The notes beneath the pieces were generated by a model, which saw only the letters and a program-made list of their open reading frames with translations, did not search any database and was not told the origin of the DNA. Of a stretch of 64,000 bases of DNA, positions 1 to 8,496 are shown piece by piece. How positions within the stretch are numbered: the stretch's first letter is position 1; each line of letters starts with the position of its first letter. The position numbers and the translations under genes were made by a program. The stretch is taken from assembly GCA_965223345.1 (NCBI GenBank), contig CBDCWG010000012.1:896001-960000 (forward strand), in the 5' to 3' direction. Origin of the DNA: Nitrospinales bacterium (GTDB lineage Bacteria > Nitrospinota > Nitrospinia > Nitrospinales > VA-1).

Positions 1-177
1 CATATATGGAGACTGCTCAAACTGCCGCGGCTGGACGTCACCTGCATCGTGCATGCAAGCATTCAGGGGGAAACCGACCGGCGCCGGCTCGCCGAAATCA
101 GCCGCCGCCAGATCCGGGATGCCCACGCCGCCCGAACGGAGGCGGGGGGTGCGGATAAAACAGCCGGTCTATCCTGA
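1..177 (+). CDS. 3' end of a gene entering the window; resembles the C-terminus of PlsC-like lysophospholipid acyltransferases
   Basis: Frame 1 is open from base 1 to TGA at 175-177: HIWRLLKLPRLDVTCIVHASIQGETDRRRLAEISRRQI...; family call rests on a short fragment. Confidence 0.4.
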   Translation, partial: HIWRLLKLPRLDVTCIVHASIQGETDRRRLAEISRRQIRDAHAARTEAGGADKTAGLS

Positions 178-313
178 TGCCGGGCTTGTCTATTTTTGGA
201 AACGTGATTTAATAAGGGCTTTCAAATTTCCCAGTTTGCAGGCGGCGCCCCCGGGTTGCCCGGCCCTGAGACGGATTGTGACGCTGTCGAAACCCTAAAA
301 TCGGAACGCAAAG

Positions 314-820
314 ATGATTCATCCATTCAAAGAAAAGACCCCCAAAGTGGATTCCTCCTGCCTGGTCATGGAGAGCGCGCAGGTGATCGGCGACGTGGAG
401 ATCGGCGAGGAGAGCAGCGTGTGGTTCAATGCGGTCATCCGGGGCGATGTCAATCACATCCGCATCGGCAACCACACCAATATCCAGGATGGATGCGTAC
501 TGCATGTGGCGCGGAAGACCCATCCCTTGATCATCGGCGACGAGGTCACCGTCGGGCACAACGTCACGCTGCACGCTTGCACCATCGAGTCGCGCTGCCT
601 CATCGGCATGGGGGCGATCGTGATGGACGGCGCAAAGATCGGGGAAAATTCGATCGTCGGCGCGGGGGCTCTGGTCACCTCGGGCACCGAAATTCCTCCC
701 AACAGCATGGTTCTGGGGTCTCCCGCCAAAGTGAAGCGCTCGCTGACCGAAGAGGAGATCCGCGCCATCCGCGAATCGGCGGCGCATTATGTGGGCGATA
801 TCGAAACGTATCTGGATTGA
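314..820 (+). CDS. gamma-carbonic anhydrase family (YrdA/CaiE-like) left-handed beta-helix protein
   Basis: Hexapeptide repeats; IRGDVNHIRIG, NIQDGCVLH and VGHNVTLHAC carry the three metal-ligand His. Confidence 0.92.
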   Translation: MIHPFKEKTPKVDSSCLVMESAQVIGDVEIGEESSVWFNAVIRGDVNHIRIGNHTNIQDGCVLHVARKTHPLIIGDEVTVGHNVTLHACTIESRCLIGMGAIVMDGAKIGENSIVGAGALVTSGTEIPPNSMVLGSPAKVKRSLTEEEIRAIRESAAHYVGDIETYLD

Positions 821-853
821 GGTTCCGTTTGCGCGGGCCGGGAATGGCGATCG

Positions 854-1732
854 ATGATGAAGGCAACCTGGGCGGTGATCGGCGGCAGCGGCGCTTACCG
901 GCTGTTGACAGACGGTGCGCTGGGGCAGGAGAAAGAGTGCGCGCAGCTGGACACGCCGTTCGGCAAGAGCGCTCCTTTGCACCGTTTCGCAGCAGAGGAA
1001 CGCGATTTTCTGTTTTTATCCCGGCACGGCGAGGAGGATTATTCCATCACCGCGCCTTTCGTGAACTACCGCGCCAACATCTATGCGCTCAAGGAATGCG
1101 GCGTGCAACGCATCGTCGCCTGGTCCGGCCCCGGCATCATCGATCCCCGGTTCAAGCCGGGCGATTTCGTGGTTCCGCACGATCTGATCGACGAAACCCG
1201 CACGCGCGAATCGACGTTTTTCAAAAACAAGGGCATCGGTTTCATCCGGCAGAACCAGCCGTTCTGCCCCGAGATCCGCTGGGCGCTGCACGAAGCGGTG
1301 CACAACAGCGGGACGCCGCATCATGAGGAAGGCGTTTACGTGTGCACCGAAGGGCCGCGGCTGGAGTCGGCGGCGGAGATCCGCAAATTCCGCATTCTGG
1401 GCGCGGATCTGGTGGGCATGACGCTGATCCCCGAGACGTTTCTCGCGCGCGAGCTGGAAATGTGTTACGCCCCGGTCTGCTACCTCACCAATTACGCGGA
1501 AGGCGTGGTGCCGCGGCAGTTTGAGTCCGGCAAACTGTTCGAGGGCATGCAGACCGAATCGGAAAAAGCGCAGGTGGACGCGACGGTCGCCCGTTTCCCG
1601 CAGCTGATCGCCCTGTGCTTCGAGCACCTCAAGCAACTGGAGCGGGGCTGCGACTGCAAGGATGCGATGCGCCGTTACAAGGACAAGGGCATGATCGGCG
1701 AGGACTGGCGTGCCTGGATCGGTCCTCCTTAA
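854..1732 (+). CDS. mtnP: MTAP/PNP family purine nucleoside phosphorylase (methylthioadenosine/methylthioinosine type)
   Basis: IGGSG, TPFG, FLSRHG, VNYRANIYALK, EGPRLESAAE, DLVGMT..PE..LARE motifs. Confidence 0.88.
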   Translation: MMKATWAVIGGSGAYRLLTDGALGQEKECAQLDTPFGKSAPLHRFAAEERDFLFLSRHGEEDYSITAPFVNYRANIYALKECGVQRIVAWSGPGIIDPRFKPGDFVVPHDLIDETRTRESTFFKNKGIGFIRQNQPFCPEIRWALHEAVHNSGTPHHEEGVYVCTEGPRLESAAEIRKFRILGADLVGMTLIPETFLARELEMCYAPVCYLTNYAEGVVPRQFESGKLFEGMQTESEKAQVDATVARFPQLIALCFEHLKQLERGCDCKDAMRRYKDKGMIGEDWRAWIGPP

Positions 1733-1799
1733 AATCGTATGCGGTTCAAACACCGGTCTCTGAAACCGGTATCCTTCAACCTCTGAATGCAAACCCATT

Positions 1800-2729
1800 A
1801 TGGCCAATCCATCTTCCAAAAAGGCGATTTTCGCCGCGTTGATCGGCAACTCCCTGATCGCGATCACCAAGTTCGGCGCCTCCGTTTACACGGGCAGCTC
1901 GGCGATGTTCAGCGAGGCGGTGCACTCGCTGGTGGACACCGGCAACCAGGGGCTTCTGCTTTACGGGATGAAGCGGGCGAAGCGGCCGGCGGACAAATCG
2001 CATCCGTTCGGTTACGGCATGGAACTTTATTTCTGGAGTTTTGTGGTCGCCATTCTGATTTTCGGCCTGGGCGCCGGGATCTCCATCTATGAGGGCATCC
2101 ACAAAATCCAGGAGCCGGAGATCATTACCAACCCGATGATCAATTACATCGTTCTGGCATTGGCGATGGTGTTCGAGGGCGTGGCCTGGGCAGTGGCTTA
2201 CAAGGAATTCAGGAAAACCCAGGGCAAATTCACGCTGCTCGCTGCGGTGCGGCGCAGCAAAGATCCGACGCTGTTCACGGTGTTGTTCGAAGACACGGCG
2301 GCGATGCTGGGGCTGATCGTGGCGATGGTCGGCATTTTTCTGGCGCAGACACTGCAAATGCCCGTTCTGGACGGGGTGGCCTCGGTGTTGATTGGCTGCA
2401 TCCTGGCCATCACGGCGGCGCTGCTGGCGGTCGAATGCAAGGGCCTGCTGGTGGGGGAAGCGGCCAGCGAGCGTGTGACTTCGGGCATCCGGGAAATCAT
2501 CACCAGCAGCCCGCTCATCCTCAATGTCAACGAGGTGCTCACCGTGCATTTCGGTCCCAGGGACGTGCTGTTGAACGTCAGCCTGGATTTCAAGGACCAG
2601 ATGTCCTCAGCCGAAGTGGAAGAAGCCGTGACGCACATGGAGTCGAAAATCAAGACGGCGTTTCCCGAGGTCAAGCGGGTGTTCATCGAGGCGCAAAGCT
2701 GGCTGGCGCAGTCGCGCCAGGAAGAATGA
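1800..2729 (+). CDS. cation diffusion facilitator (CDF) family metal transporter
   Basis: SSAMFSEAVHSLVD, HPFGYG and EDTAA motifs; about 6 TM segments and a cytoplasmic C-terminal domain. Confidence 0.93.
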   Translation: MANPSSKKAIFAALIGNSLIAITKFGASVYTGSSAMFSEAVHSLVDTGNQGLLLYGMKRAKRPADKSHPFGYGMELYFWSFVVAILIFGLGAGISIYEGIHKIQEPEIITNPMINYIVLALAMVFEGVAWAVAYKEFRKTQGKFTLLAAVRRSKDPTLFTVLFEDTAAMLGLIVAMVGIFLAQTLQMPVLDGVASVLIGCILAITAALLAVECKGLLVGEAASERVTSGIREIITSSPLILNVNEVLTVHFGPRDVLLNVSLDFKDQMSSAEVEEAVTHMESKIKTAFPEVKRVFIEAQSWLAQSRQEE

Positions 2730-2776
2730 CGGCGCTGTGGTAGTTGCCGGGCTGGAATTGCGTTGTTTAAGCGGTA

Positions 2777-3187
2777 TCAGTACTCGCTGGCGGGAACTTT
2801 TTTGCCCAGCACTTCCAGGATGGTCTGGGTCAGGCGGCGGAAATCGACGGGGATCGAAACGAACCGCGCCACGCCTTCCTGCTCGGGCGGCCGCGACCGG
2901 TCGGTTTCTTCCGGATCGATCAGCATGATGATGGGAAGGTCCCGGTAATCGGGATGGCCCTTGATGGTCTTTACCAACTCGACGCCGCTGGTTTCGAGGC
3001 GAAACCAGTTGGAGATGACGAGCCCGAAATTGCCGCGTTTCAGATAGTCCAGCATGCAGCGCCCGTTGACCGCCATCTCGACGGCGTTGAATCCGTTTTT
3101 TTTCAGGCCCGAAAGCACGTGCAGGCTGAACAGGGACATGTCGTCCACCAGCAGGATTTTGACGTCGTCGGCCACGGGTTCGTTCAT
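2777..3187 (-). CDS. CheY-like single-domain pseudo-receiver
   Basis: KILLVDD...LVISNW...LPIIML...FVSIPV aligns with CheY, but the phospho-Asp, Thr and Lys positions are substituted. Confidence 0.8.
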   Translation of the reverse strand: MNEPVADDVKILLVDDMSLFSLHVLSGLKKNGFNAVEMAVNGRCMLDYLKRGNFGLVISNWFRLETSGVELVKTIKGHPDYRDLPIIMLIDPEETDRSRPPEQEGVARFVSIPVDFRRLTQTILEVLGKKVPASEY

Positions 3188-3454
3188 GAGTCGATTCCAT
3201 TCGGCGCGGAAACCACCCTTCAGGGTGTACCGGAGGAGGAGACTAACCTCAAACCTGAAGGATGGCTCCGCAACAATAAGGACATGAAAATCAATGATTC
3301 CGGCTCATTCAGAATGGCAGGGCACTGTGGCGGTTGGGTCAAGGTCGTGTCACGATTGTATGACGATTTCGGTTTTCTGAACCTGTGAGGAAGGATTGAA
3401 ATACCGCCGCTTGTGAAGGGGGGCGGATCGAATCCAGAGGAAGCAGAAAAGTTG

Positions 3455-3489
3455 AAAAACCGGAGGCGGATTTGCCTCCGGTTTTTTTT
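3455..3489. terminator. bidirectional intrinsic terminator
   Basis: AAAAACCGGAGGC-ggattt-GCCTCCGGTTTTTTTT, just downstream of the minus-strand gene ending at 3527. Confidence 0.85.
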
Positions 3490-3526
3490 GTGCATGAAAC
3501 CAAATCAAGGAGAGAACGGCCGATCG

Positions 3527-4636
3527 CTATCCATCCGCGTCCAGGTCGAGGGTCACGACGATGCCTCCCATCACCTGCTTGAGTTGAAAATCCTTTTTGG
3601 GACTGTTGGGGTGGGTGTTGTGGCATTGGATGCAGCCCTGGGTGACCGCAAAATCCGGATACACAGACTGGTAATAGCGCTTTTTCCCCTGCTTGAATTG
3701 CCCGGTGTAGGGGCGGACCGGATGGATGTCTACGATCTCAAGGCCTTTGCGCTCGAAATCGCTGGCCGGGTGGTTGCGCGGATTGATCGGCCACAGGCTG
3801 ATCAAACGAAAATCGATGCCGACATTGCGTTTCGCCACCAGTTGCGAGGCGTTCAATAAGAACTGGGCGGGAAGGAGCAGCCCGTCCTCGCTTTGCCACC
3901 GTTCCGAGGCACGCACGATGTTTTTGCTTTGCAGCCGGTCCACGATGTATTGCGAATATACCCGGCGGTCCGACTCCAATATGGCGTGCACATAATCGGA
4001 AACCACGGCGGGGGTGAGCAGGTGATTCTTCACGTCGGGTTTTTTCACGTGCTTGCCCAGAGGAAGGTTGACGAGAATGCCTCCCATGACATCTCCCAGT
4101 TTGAAATCCTTCTTGGGACTGTTGGGGTGGGTGTTGTGGCAGGAAACGCAGGAATCGGACGTGGCGACATCGGGATAGATGGCCTGGTAGTACCAGATGT
4201 CGCCGGTTTTCACGATCCAGGTGAACGGTTTGGAAGCATCTTTGGCGACCTGGCGCAGTCCCACCTGTTGTTCTTTCGATTGCGGTGCGTTGCTGCGATT
4301 GATCGGCCACAAGCTCATCAGGTGATAGCGCAAGCCGATTCCACTTTCATTTGTCAGTTGCGAGGATTTCAATAAAAACTGGGCGGGCAAAAGCAGGGTG
4401 TCGTCCTGTTCCCAGTTTTCGCTGGCGGTGAGCGAAATTTTTTTGGCCAGGCGGTCCACGATGTATTGGGAGTAAATCCTCCGGTCCGCTTGAATGACGG
4501 CATGGATGTAGTCGGCGGAAACCCTGGGTGTGAGGCCTTCGAGTTGGTGGTTGGAATCTGCGAGCAGAATGTCGCTGGATACGAGGGTGGAAACCAAAGT
4601 GATTGAAAATAGAATTCGTACAGTGAAGATACGCAT
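3527..4636 (-). CDS. exported diheme c protein with two tandem DUF3365/Tll0287-like domains
   Basis: Signal-like N-terminus from ATG 4636 (MRIFTVRILFSITLVSTLV); two repeats of LLLPAQFL...LxSLWPIN...YPDxA...CxxCHNTHPNSPKKDF...MGGI. Confidence 0.8.
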   Translation of the reverse strand: MRIFTVRILFSITLVSTLVSSDILLADSNHQLEGLTPRVSADYIHAVIQADRRIYSQYIVDRLAKKISLTASENWEQDDTLLLPAQFLLKSSQLTNESGIGLRYHLMSLWPINRSNAPQSKEQQVGLRQVAKDASKPFTWIVKTGDIWYYQAIYPDVATSDSCVSCHNTHPNSPKKDFKLGDVMGGILVNLPLGKHVKKPDVKNHLLTPAVVSDYVHAILESDRRVYSQYIVDRLQSKNIVRASERWQSEDGLLLPAQFLLNASQLVAKRNVGIDFRLISLWPINPRNHPASDFERKGLEIVDIHPVRPYTGQFKQGKKRYYQSVYPDFAVTQGCIQCHNTHPNSPKKDFQLKQVMGGIVVTLDLDADG

Positions 4637-4856
4637 GATCCGGCCCCCCGGAAATAAGGGTGGATGATAGTGGGTTCTGTCGGGAACACCCCTCAAATAT
4701 AGGCCGCTGCGGGTCGCGCCGCAATGCGTTGCAACAGCGGGGTCCCGGCGCAATGCGGGCAATTTCAGAACCGGTGGTTGTTTCAAATCGAGGAAGCCGA
4801 GCCGGAGGGGTTGCGTGGGTCGCGCTTGAGTTCGAAAGGAGGCGGCTTGCTGTTTT

Positions 4857-5234
4857 CTAGCTGCTTTTCGCGTTTTCGCGATGCGTGGCGATGCCTTCGC
4901 GGGTGACTCTGTGGACGATGTGGTTGCCCGGCGCGATGGGAATGGGATCGGTCTGCCATTTCTTGCCGTCGGCCTGCTCCAGGAACAGCTGGCCCGTGTC
5001 CTCTGCTTCGAGGTGAAACCGGATGATCAGTTGCGTTCCGACCTCGATGCCGTTGAACAGGAGGCTTTTGTTGGTTTTGTCGGTTTTGAGTTTGATCTTA
5101 ACCAGGGGCTGGTCGGATTTATTGAGAACCACCATCTCGATGTTGTGCCTCGTGTTTTCCGCCATTATGGAAAGCACCCATCCGAAGACGATGAGGCCCA
5201 GGAATATCAGAATGTATTTTCGAAAACGGTTCAT
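4857..5234 (-). CDS. hypothetical protein with N-terminal membrane anchor
   Basis: MNRFRKYILIFLGLIVFGWVLSIMA followed by a beta-rich soluble domain; start taken at ATG 5234. Confidence 0.65.
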   Translation of the reverse strand: MNRFRKYILIFLGLIVFGWVLSIMAENTRHNIEMVVLNKSDQPLVKIKLKTDKTNKSLLFNGIEVGTQLIIRFHLEAEDTGQLFLEQADGKKWQTDPIPIAPGNHIVHRVTREGIATHRENAKSS

Positions 5235-5647
5235 GATGATTTCGGGCGGAGTGGATTGAAACCCATCCCGCTTGGGGGTGACTCGGGCATTTCGCTTGTT
5301 AGTTTTGCCAGCCGACGCCGGCAAAATGGCCATGCCGGGATGGGCTCCCTGGGCAACCGGTTGTGGCGCGTTTTGGTTGCGGGCATTGTAACACTATTTC
5401 CCTGCTCGCGGGGAAACCCTTGAATTGTCGGGAACCATCGCAGGGCGCCGGATCCGGGGTTGTTTGCGATCGACGAGAGACCGGAAAAAACAGTGCGAAG
5501 AACGGGCCGTTTGCGCCGTTTGAGAGAAGGGCGATGGGAAAAACCTCGTTTTCATCGCCTGAATGGGGGTTGATCCGATTTTTAGGGTGTGAGAAATTTC
5601 CTTATATAGAAACAGGAAACATTCCCAAAACACCCGTTCCCGAATCC

Positions 5648-6379
5648 ATGGAAACCCGCCGTTTTTATTTTCCATCCGAAGAGGAGAGTTATTGGGCTCA
5701 AAAGGCTTTCAGTGGTCTGGATCTTTCTGAAAACTACGTGCTGCAAAAATATCTGGATCACAAGAACGGGCGGATTCTGGATGCGGGCTGCCGGGGTGGA
5801 AGGATCAGCTTCAATCTGGAAAAAATGGGCTTCACGCAGATCGATGCCTGCGATTCTTCCCACTACATGATCACCACAGCCAATGAAAACAAGAAAATTT
5901 CCGGCAGCAATGTGATTTTTTACCGGCAGGAAGTCAGCGACCTGCAAAGCTTTGAATCGGAAACCTACCAGTACGTGATCTATCTGCAGCAGACTCTCTC
6001 TTTCATCCCCCCGCCTCTTCTGGAAAGCGCTTTGAAGGAATCGTACCGCGTTCTGCAAAGGGGCGGTGTGGCCATCTACTCGTTTTTGAATTTTGACGCC
6101 CGTTGGTACAACAAGGCGCTTGCGTTCTTTTTCGATGTCTTGCGCCGTCACCGCAAAGAGAATCTGCCCGCTCAGGCGCTTCCCTGGCTGCGCATGGGAG
6201 GCCGGTACAACCGGCGTCTTTTTGCCAGGGATCAACCGGCGGCGTACTGGTTTCAAAAAGAAGAAATTCTGGGCCTGCTGAAACGGGCGGGGTTTTCCAT
6301 CATCGAAGTGAACACGCGGGGGCGGATTCTGATCGACAATCAGAAAAAGGGTGCGTTGTTTGTGGTCTGCCAGAAATGA
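5648..6379 (+). CDS. class I SAM-dependent methyltransferase
   Basis: RILDAGCRGGR motif I, DACDSS acidic motif, ALKESYRVLQRGG; start taken at ATG 5648. Confidence 0.85.
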   Translation: METRRFYFPSEEESYWAQKAFSGLDLSENYVLQKYLDHKNGRILDAGCRGGRISFNLEKMGFTQIDACDSSHYMITTANENKKISGSNVIFYRQEVSDLQSFESETYQYVIYLQQTLSFIPPPLLESALKESYRVLQRGGVAIYSFLNFDARWYNKALAFFFDVLRRHRKENLPAQALPWLRMGGRYNRRLFARDQPAAYWFQKEEILGLLKRAGFSIIEVNTRGRILIDNQKKGALFVVCQK

Positions 6380-6386
6380 ACCGCAG

Positions 6387-7136
6387 CTACTCCGGCGCTG
6401 CGGGCGCTGTCCGGTTTTCGGGAAACTCGTTTTTGTAGATGATGGCGCTGTACTGCTTTTCGTGGTTTTCGACGGTGTGGACCTGCAGGTAGCGCCGGGA
6501 AAAAACCGCGTTGTGGACCGGGTTGACGTAGATGAAAAACGCGTCCCGGTTCCTGCGTTTCAGGCTCCGGTCGATGTTTTCGAGAACCCGGGTGAGCACT
6601 TTTTCGCCAAAGGGATTGAAAAAAAAGAATACGTTGTCTTTCTTCCTGACTTCATACGCCGCCGCATCGGCGTGCAACACTTCATAGCGGAATCGTTTCC
6701 CGGTTTTTTGCGCATACGCCTCCAGGTTGCGCCTGCTGTGCTCACACAGTTCGTGTGAAAACTCCACGCCGGTGATGTTGCCGAACCCGTATTCGGATGC
6801 GAACACCAGCACCCTGCCTTTGCCGGATCCGAAATCGACGAAACCGCAATTGGAATAATCCACCTCCAGCAAATCGAAGATCGCTTTGAGGATGAAGTAA
6901 CGGGTGGGTTCGTAATGCACGCCCAGGGATTTGTTTTCGCTTGCTATGGATAACCGGCCCAGGGGAACGATGGATCGGGTGTCGGTGGCAAACCGGGTTT
7001 CAAAAATCCAGTCGGAAAGGAAAGCCCGAATCCGGTTGCGGGTTTTGTGGCTGTAGATTTGCGTCGATTTTAAGATCCCCTTGTTTTTCAGGTTTGAGAT
7101 CAGAGCTCGAATTCGGTTTCTCTGAAATGGTTCCAT
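6387..7136 (-). CDS. class I SAM-dependent methyltransferase
   Basis: HYEPT, FVDFGSGKGRVL, GVEFS, FFFFNPF; start uncertain (7136, 7157 or 7184). Confidence 0.85.
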   Translation of the reverse strand: MEPFQRNRIRALISNLKNKGILKSTQIYSHKTRNRIRAFLSDWIFETRFATDTRSIVPLGRLSIASENKSLGVHYEPTRYFILKAIFDLLEVDYSNCGFVDFGSGKGRVLVFASEYGFGNITGVEFSHELCEHSRRNLEAYAQKTGKRFRYEVLHADAAAYEVRKKDNVFFFFNPFGEKVLTRVLENIDRSLKRRNRDAFFIYVNPVHNAVFSRRYLQVHTVENHEKQYSAIIYKNEFPENRTAPAAPE

Positions 7137-7172
7137 GCGGTTTGTTCCTTGATGCATTGAAAAAATTTTGAG

Positions 7173-7245
7173 CTTATTTAACAAATTTTAAGGCGATAGT
7201 CTGTAAAAAATTTATTTTAAATAGCAGGTGATTTTGTTAAATAAG
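7173..7245. promoter_or_regulatory. 13-bp inverted repeat pair in an AT-rich divergent intergenic region
   Basis: CTTATTTAACAAA (7173-7185) and its exact reverse complement TTTGTTAAATAAG (7233-7245). Confidence 0.5.
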
Positions 7246-7317
7246 TTTAAAGATTGGCATTTTTATTTTGAGCCACAGCAAAATTTATATTTAATTTATT
7301 GGAGGGGATTTCGTATC

Positions 7318-8184
7318 GTGGCGGACACACTCTATCGGGACTCTGGGGATGCGGTGATGCTTTCGTTGACCGAAAAACAAATGGCGCAATGGCTGCGCGA
7401 GCAGGGCAAGACCGTACTGCATCACGGGGGACGTTACTGGAAGGCTTTTCCCAACGGGTTCTACCGTTCCATCCATTGGATGGGACGCATGCGGGAGAAG
7501 GAAGCCGTGCGGCCCTCGCCCTTGTGCTGGGGGTTTCGCACCGCGTTGGCGAGCGGCGATTCGGGGGCTGCCAACAGCAGCATTCCAGTCAACCTGCTCA
7601 CCGATCTCGCCGATTACGACCTCGGTTGTCTGAGTTCGCGCCGCCGCACCAAAGTCAGGAGCAGCCTGAAAAAAATCCGCACGGTGGAGGTTCTGCGGCC
7701 GGATGTGCTCCTGGAGCAGGGCCACAGGGTTTACCTTTCCGCATTCAAGCGCCACGGTTACGGCAGACTGTTGAACACAGAGCAATTTCGCAATCACGTC
7801 ATGCAGTACTTCAATCCGCGGCGGGGCATGATCTTCGCGGGTCTCATCGGCAACGAGCTGGGGGGATTCATCGAAACCGAAGCGGTGGACGGCACGGCCT
7901 ACATCAAAGGCGTGCACATCGCCCGCGAGGCGCTGTCCATCAATCTGGGAACGGGGTTGCTCTACAAACTGCTGCAGGTTTTCAAACGCTCCGCAGGCAT
8001 CCGCGAAGTGGTGCACGGTCTGCATACGGCGGAAAACAAACCGCTGACCGACTTCAAAACGGGAATGGGTTTTTCCGTGGTTTACGTGCCTTCCCGGGTG
8101 TGGTTCGCTCCGATGATGGGGCATGCCATCCGCTGGCTCAAACCGCACACCTATTACCGGCTCACCGGCAAGAAGATCGCCTGA
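7318..8184 (+). CDS. GNAT-fold / FemAB-like acyltransferase-related protein
   Basis: LSSRRRTKVRSSLKK, IFAGLIGNELGGF, NLGTGLLY, LTDFKTGMGF resemble FemAB-like GNAT proteins; GTG 7318 follows GGAGG at 7301. Confidence 0.6.
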   Translation: MADTLYRDSGDAVMLSLTEKQMAQWLREQGKTVLHHGGRYWKAFPNGFYRSIHWMGRMREKEAVRPSPLCWGFRTALASGDSGAANSSIPVNLLTDLADYDLGCLSSRRRTKVRSSLKKIRTVEVLRPDVLLEQGHRVYLSAFKRHGYGRLLNTEQFRNHVMQYFNPRRGMIFAGLIGNELGGFIETEAVDGTAYIKGVHIAREALSINLGTGLLYKLLQVFKRSAGIREVVHGLHTAENKPLTDFKTGMGFSVVYVPSRVWFAPMMGHAIRWLKPHTYYRLTGKKIA

Positions 8185-8307
8185 GGATTTATCACCGCCC
8201 GGCTTTCGCCGCTTTCCATTTTCAAACGTCTTTTACAAATTTCGGCCCGCGCTGCCTTTTACACCCTTGTGTGGCCGGGATCCGCTGTGTTTTTTGCGGA
8301 TGATATT

Positions 8308-8316
8308 TGCTACGAT
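8308..8316 (+). promoter_or_regulatory. extended -10 promoter element candidate
   Basis: TGc-TACGAT about 180 nt upstream of the antiporter ATG. Confidence 0.4.
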
Positions 8317-8496
8317 GTCCTGCCTTGATCCGGCGCGGTGATCGCATCGCCGTTCGGATCGTTCCCTCCTTCGGCACAGCCGTCTTCCCTTTTTTCCGAT
8401 CCGGTGACGCGGGCTGTGTGTCGGGCGCTCACACTTTGTCGGGAGTTTTGCAGTTGGATCATCGCTTGTTTCGTATCTTGTCTGGGGATCGCTGAG

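Noticed and set aside
8337..8351. GGTGATCGCATCGCC resembles the 5' stem of a fluoride riboswitch
   Set aside because: The GATGxxGT core and downstream (C/G)TGATGAC element are missing; kept only as part of the unclassified leader candidate
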